Below, piece by piece: positions 50,602 to 51,699 of a stretch of 51,699 nucleotides of DNA. The first letter of the stretch is position 1; each line of letters starts with the position of its first letter. The notes beneath the pieces were generated by a model that did not search any database, had not been told where the DNA came from, and worked only from the letters and a program-made list of their open reading frames with translations. The stretch covers positions 1 to 51,699 of the forward strand of contig JACCWP010000026.1 in NCBI GenBank assembly GCA_013697585.1, read 5' to 3'. This DNA is from Nocardioidaceae bacterium (GTDB lineage Bacteria > Actinomycetota > Actinomycetes > Propionibacteriales > Nocardioidaceae). A program made the position numbers and the translations under genes.

Positions 50602-50775
50602 CGTGTCGCCCGCCGCCTTGATCTGCGCGACCTCGCGGGTGGCGTCCTCGACCTTGCCGTCCTTCACGTCCCGCTTGCGGGTCGAACCTGCCAGTTGGAG
50701 CCGAACTTGACTTGATGCCGTACGTCGGGTCGAGGTAAATCATCTGCACTTGGCCGCGCAGCCGCTCCGAGTGCT
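50596..50775 (-). pseudogene. Internal (motif IV region) remnant of a DNA methyltransferase gene, frameshifted
   Basis: It reads SERLRGQVQMIYLDPTYGIK, then a 5-nt tandem duplication (cttga/cttga, 50706-50715), then FGSNWQ, then a 1-nt loss, then STRKRDVKDGKVEDATREVAQIKAAGDT. This resembles IYIDPPYGIKFGSNFQ...RKRDV...REPEQIKAYRDTW of Mod-like methylases as I recall them. DPPY is degraded to DPTY. Confidence 0.55.
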
Positions 50776-50789
50776 ACGGTGTGTACACC

Positions 50790-51074
50790 ATGAGTCTCAG
50801 CGTGGGCATCAGAGAGCTGCGGCAACAGACGAGCGCCGTGCTCAAGCGCGTCGTGCGGGGCGAGACGATCGAGGTGACCGACCACGGTCACCCGATCGCC
50901 CGGATCGTTCCCCTGCGCCGGGGGACGCTGGACCAGCTGGTGCTCGAGGGGCGGGCGACCGCAGCGGCCGGTGACTTGCTGGACCTCGCCGACGAGCTGG
51001 GCATTCCGCGCGACGACGACGCAGCCATGTCCCCGTCGGTAGCGCTGGCGGAGCTGCGCACCGATGAGCGCTAG
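50790..51074 (+). CDS. Phd/YefM-family type II antitoxin
   Basis: MSLSVGIRELRQQTSAVLKRVVRGETIEVTDHGHPIARIVPL... The ATG is at 50790 (the ORF track starts at GTG 50781). It overlaps the toxin gene by 11 nt. Confidence 0.8.
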   Translation: MSLSVGIRELRQQTSAVLKRVVRGETIEVTDHGHPIARIVPLRRGTLDQLVLEGRATAAAGDLLDLADELGIPRDDDAAMSPSVALAELRTDER

Positions 51075-51465
51075 CGCGGCCTACCTTGACACCTCGGCCT
51101 TCGTGAAGCTGCTCGTCGCCGAGCCGGAGTCCGCGGCGCTGCGGGCGCGCCTCGCGCGCTGGCCGGACCGGGTCTCTGCCACCCTGCTGCGCACCGAGAC
51201 CGTACGCGCGCTGCGACGGTCGGGAAACGAGCACCTCATCGGCAGCGCCCGGCGCCTGTTCCGGGCGATCCTGCTCATCCGCCTGGACGAGCCGCTGCTC
51301 GACCGGGCAGGCGACCTCGGCCCCGCCGAGCTGCGCTCGCTGGATTCAGTCCACCTCGCCGCGGCGCTGTCGGTCGGCACCGACCTGGGGGTGATGATCA
51401 CGTACGACGACCGGCTGCGGGAGGCTGCCCTCGCCCAAGGACTCGACGTCGAGTCCCCAAGCTGA
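51064..51465 (+). CDS. vapC: PIN-domain ribonuclease toxin (VapC-type)
   Basis: 133 aa. AYLDTSAFVKLL supplies the first acidic residue, and LRSLDSVHLAAAL and MITYDDRL supply further PIN acidic residues. Confidence 0.85.
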   Translation: MSASAAYLDTSAFVKLLVAEPESAALRARLARWPDRVSATLLRTETVRALRRSGNEHLIGSARRLFRAILLIRLDEPLLDRAGDLGPAELRSLDSVHLAAALSVGTDLGVMITYDDRLREAALAQGLDVESPS

Positions 51466-51543
51466 CGTAGATGCTTCACATCTGTTGTGGACAAGGGGAT
51501 TCAGGGTGGGTGGAGTGTCGGTGGCGGGTGAGAGTGTTGGGTC

Positions 51544-51699
51544 ATGGACGATCCTTGCGACACCGCGGCGGGCCCGCCGTCGTCGGGTGTGGAGCACCCG
51601 GTGCTGGTGCTGTGCCGGCGGCTGGGTGCCCGGTTGGACGAGCTGGGCGACCCGGGGTTGTGGTCGGTGCCCGACACCGCGGTGAGCGAGCTGGTGCGG
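51544..51699 (+). CDS. DUF222 / 13E12-repeat-type HNH endonuclease family protein, N-terminal 52 codons (runs off right edge)
   Basis: Not in the ORF track in this frame. My translation is MDDPCDTAAGPPSSGVEHPVLVLCRRLGARLDELGDPGLWSVPDTAVSELVR. The pattern (HPV...L..LDE......LW.....E..ELV) is typical of DUF222 N-termini as I recall them. Confidence 0.55.
   Translation, partial: MDDPCDTAAGPPSSGVEHPVLVLCRRLGARLDELGDPGLWSVPDTAVSELVR

Noticed and set aside
49988-50749. 253-aa reverse-strand ORF across the HNH pseudogene
   Set aside because: Only its first ~13 codons (VQMIYLDPTYGIK) carry methyltransferase similarity. The rest is an out-of-frame read-through antisense to the HNH remnant.

Overview
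This is a very GC-rich Actinomycetota chromosomal window. Gene content and order closely parallel two Mycobacterium tuberculosis neighbourhoods as I recall them (Rv0495c-Rv0555 and Rv3585-Rv3605c), joined here at about 32-33 kb.

Left to right:
- Menaquinone genes (menD partial, menC, menE, menA), interrupted by a 1007-aa LAL/LuxR-type regulator and an SD-preceded 54-codon ORF.
- A Thr/Ser dehydratase.
- A co-directional array rex-hemA-hemC-cobA/hemD-hemB-hemL-(His phosphatase)-resA-ccdA-resB-ccsA, with many 4-nt start/stop overlaps.
- An acyltransferase, an epimerase, the 33-aa ribosomal protein bS22 (absent from the ORF track), an Rv0500A-like HTH protein, an AcuC/HDAC-like protein and proC.
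- A tetR-ABC exporter unit, proline dehydrogenase, a sugar-phosphate isomerase and ppx.
- radA-disA, mutY, clpC1, lsr2, lysS, coaX, panC, a DUF2520 protein and two PH-domain membrane proteins.

The only clearly accessory part is the right end (47.0-51.7 kb). It holds a DUF3616-like protein, an alpha/beta hydrolase and a small secreted protein. It also holds a wrecked restriction-modification-like locus, in which two remnants of one DNA methyltransferase flank a frameshifted HNH nuclease gene. A Phd/YefM-PIN (VapBC-type) toxin-antitoxin pair and the start of a DUF222/13E12-type gene follow.

I recognised no rRNA, tRNA, CRISPR array, transposase or integrase, and I found no convincing intact novel multi-gene system. 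The most unusual items are the RM wreck, the accessory islet, and the LAL regulator plus micro-ORF inside the men cluster.

The ORF track evidently uses ATG/GTG/TTG starts with longest extension. I therefore trimmed many starts using ATGA/GTGA overlaps, SD motifs and family N-termini. All family assignments come from reading the translations; no searches were run.
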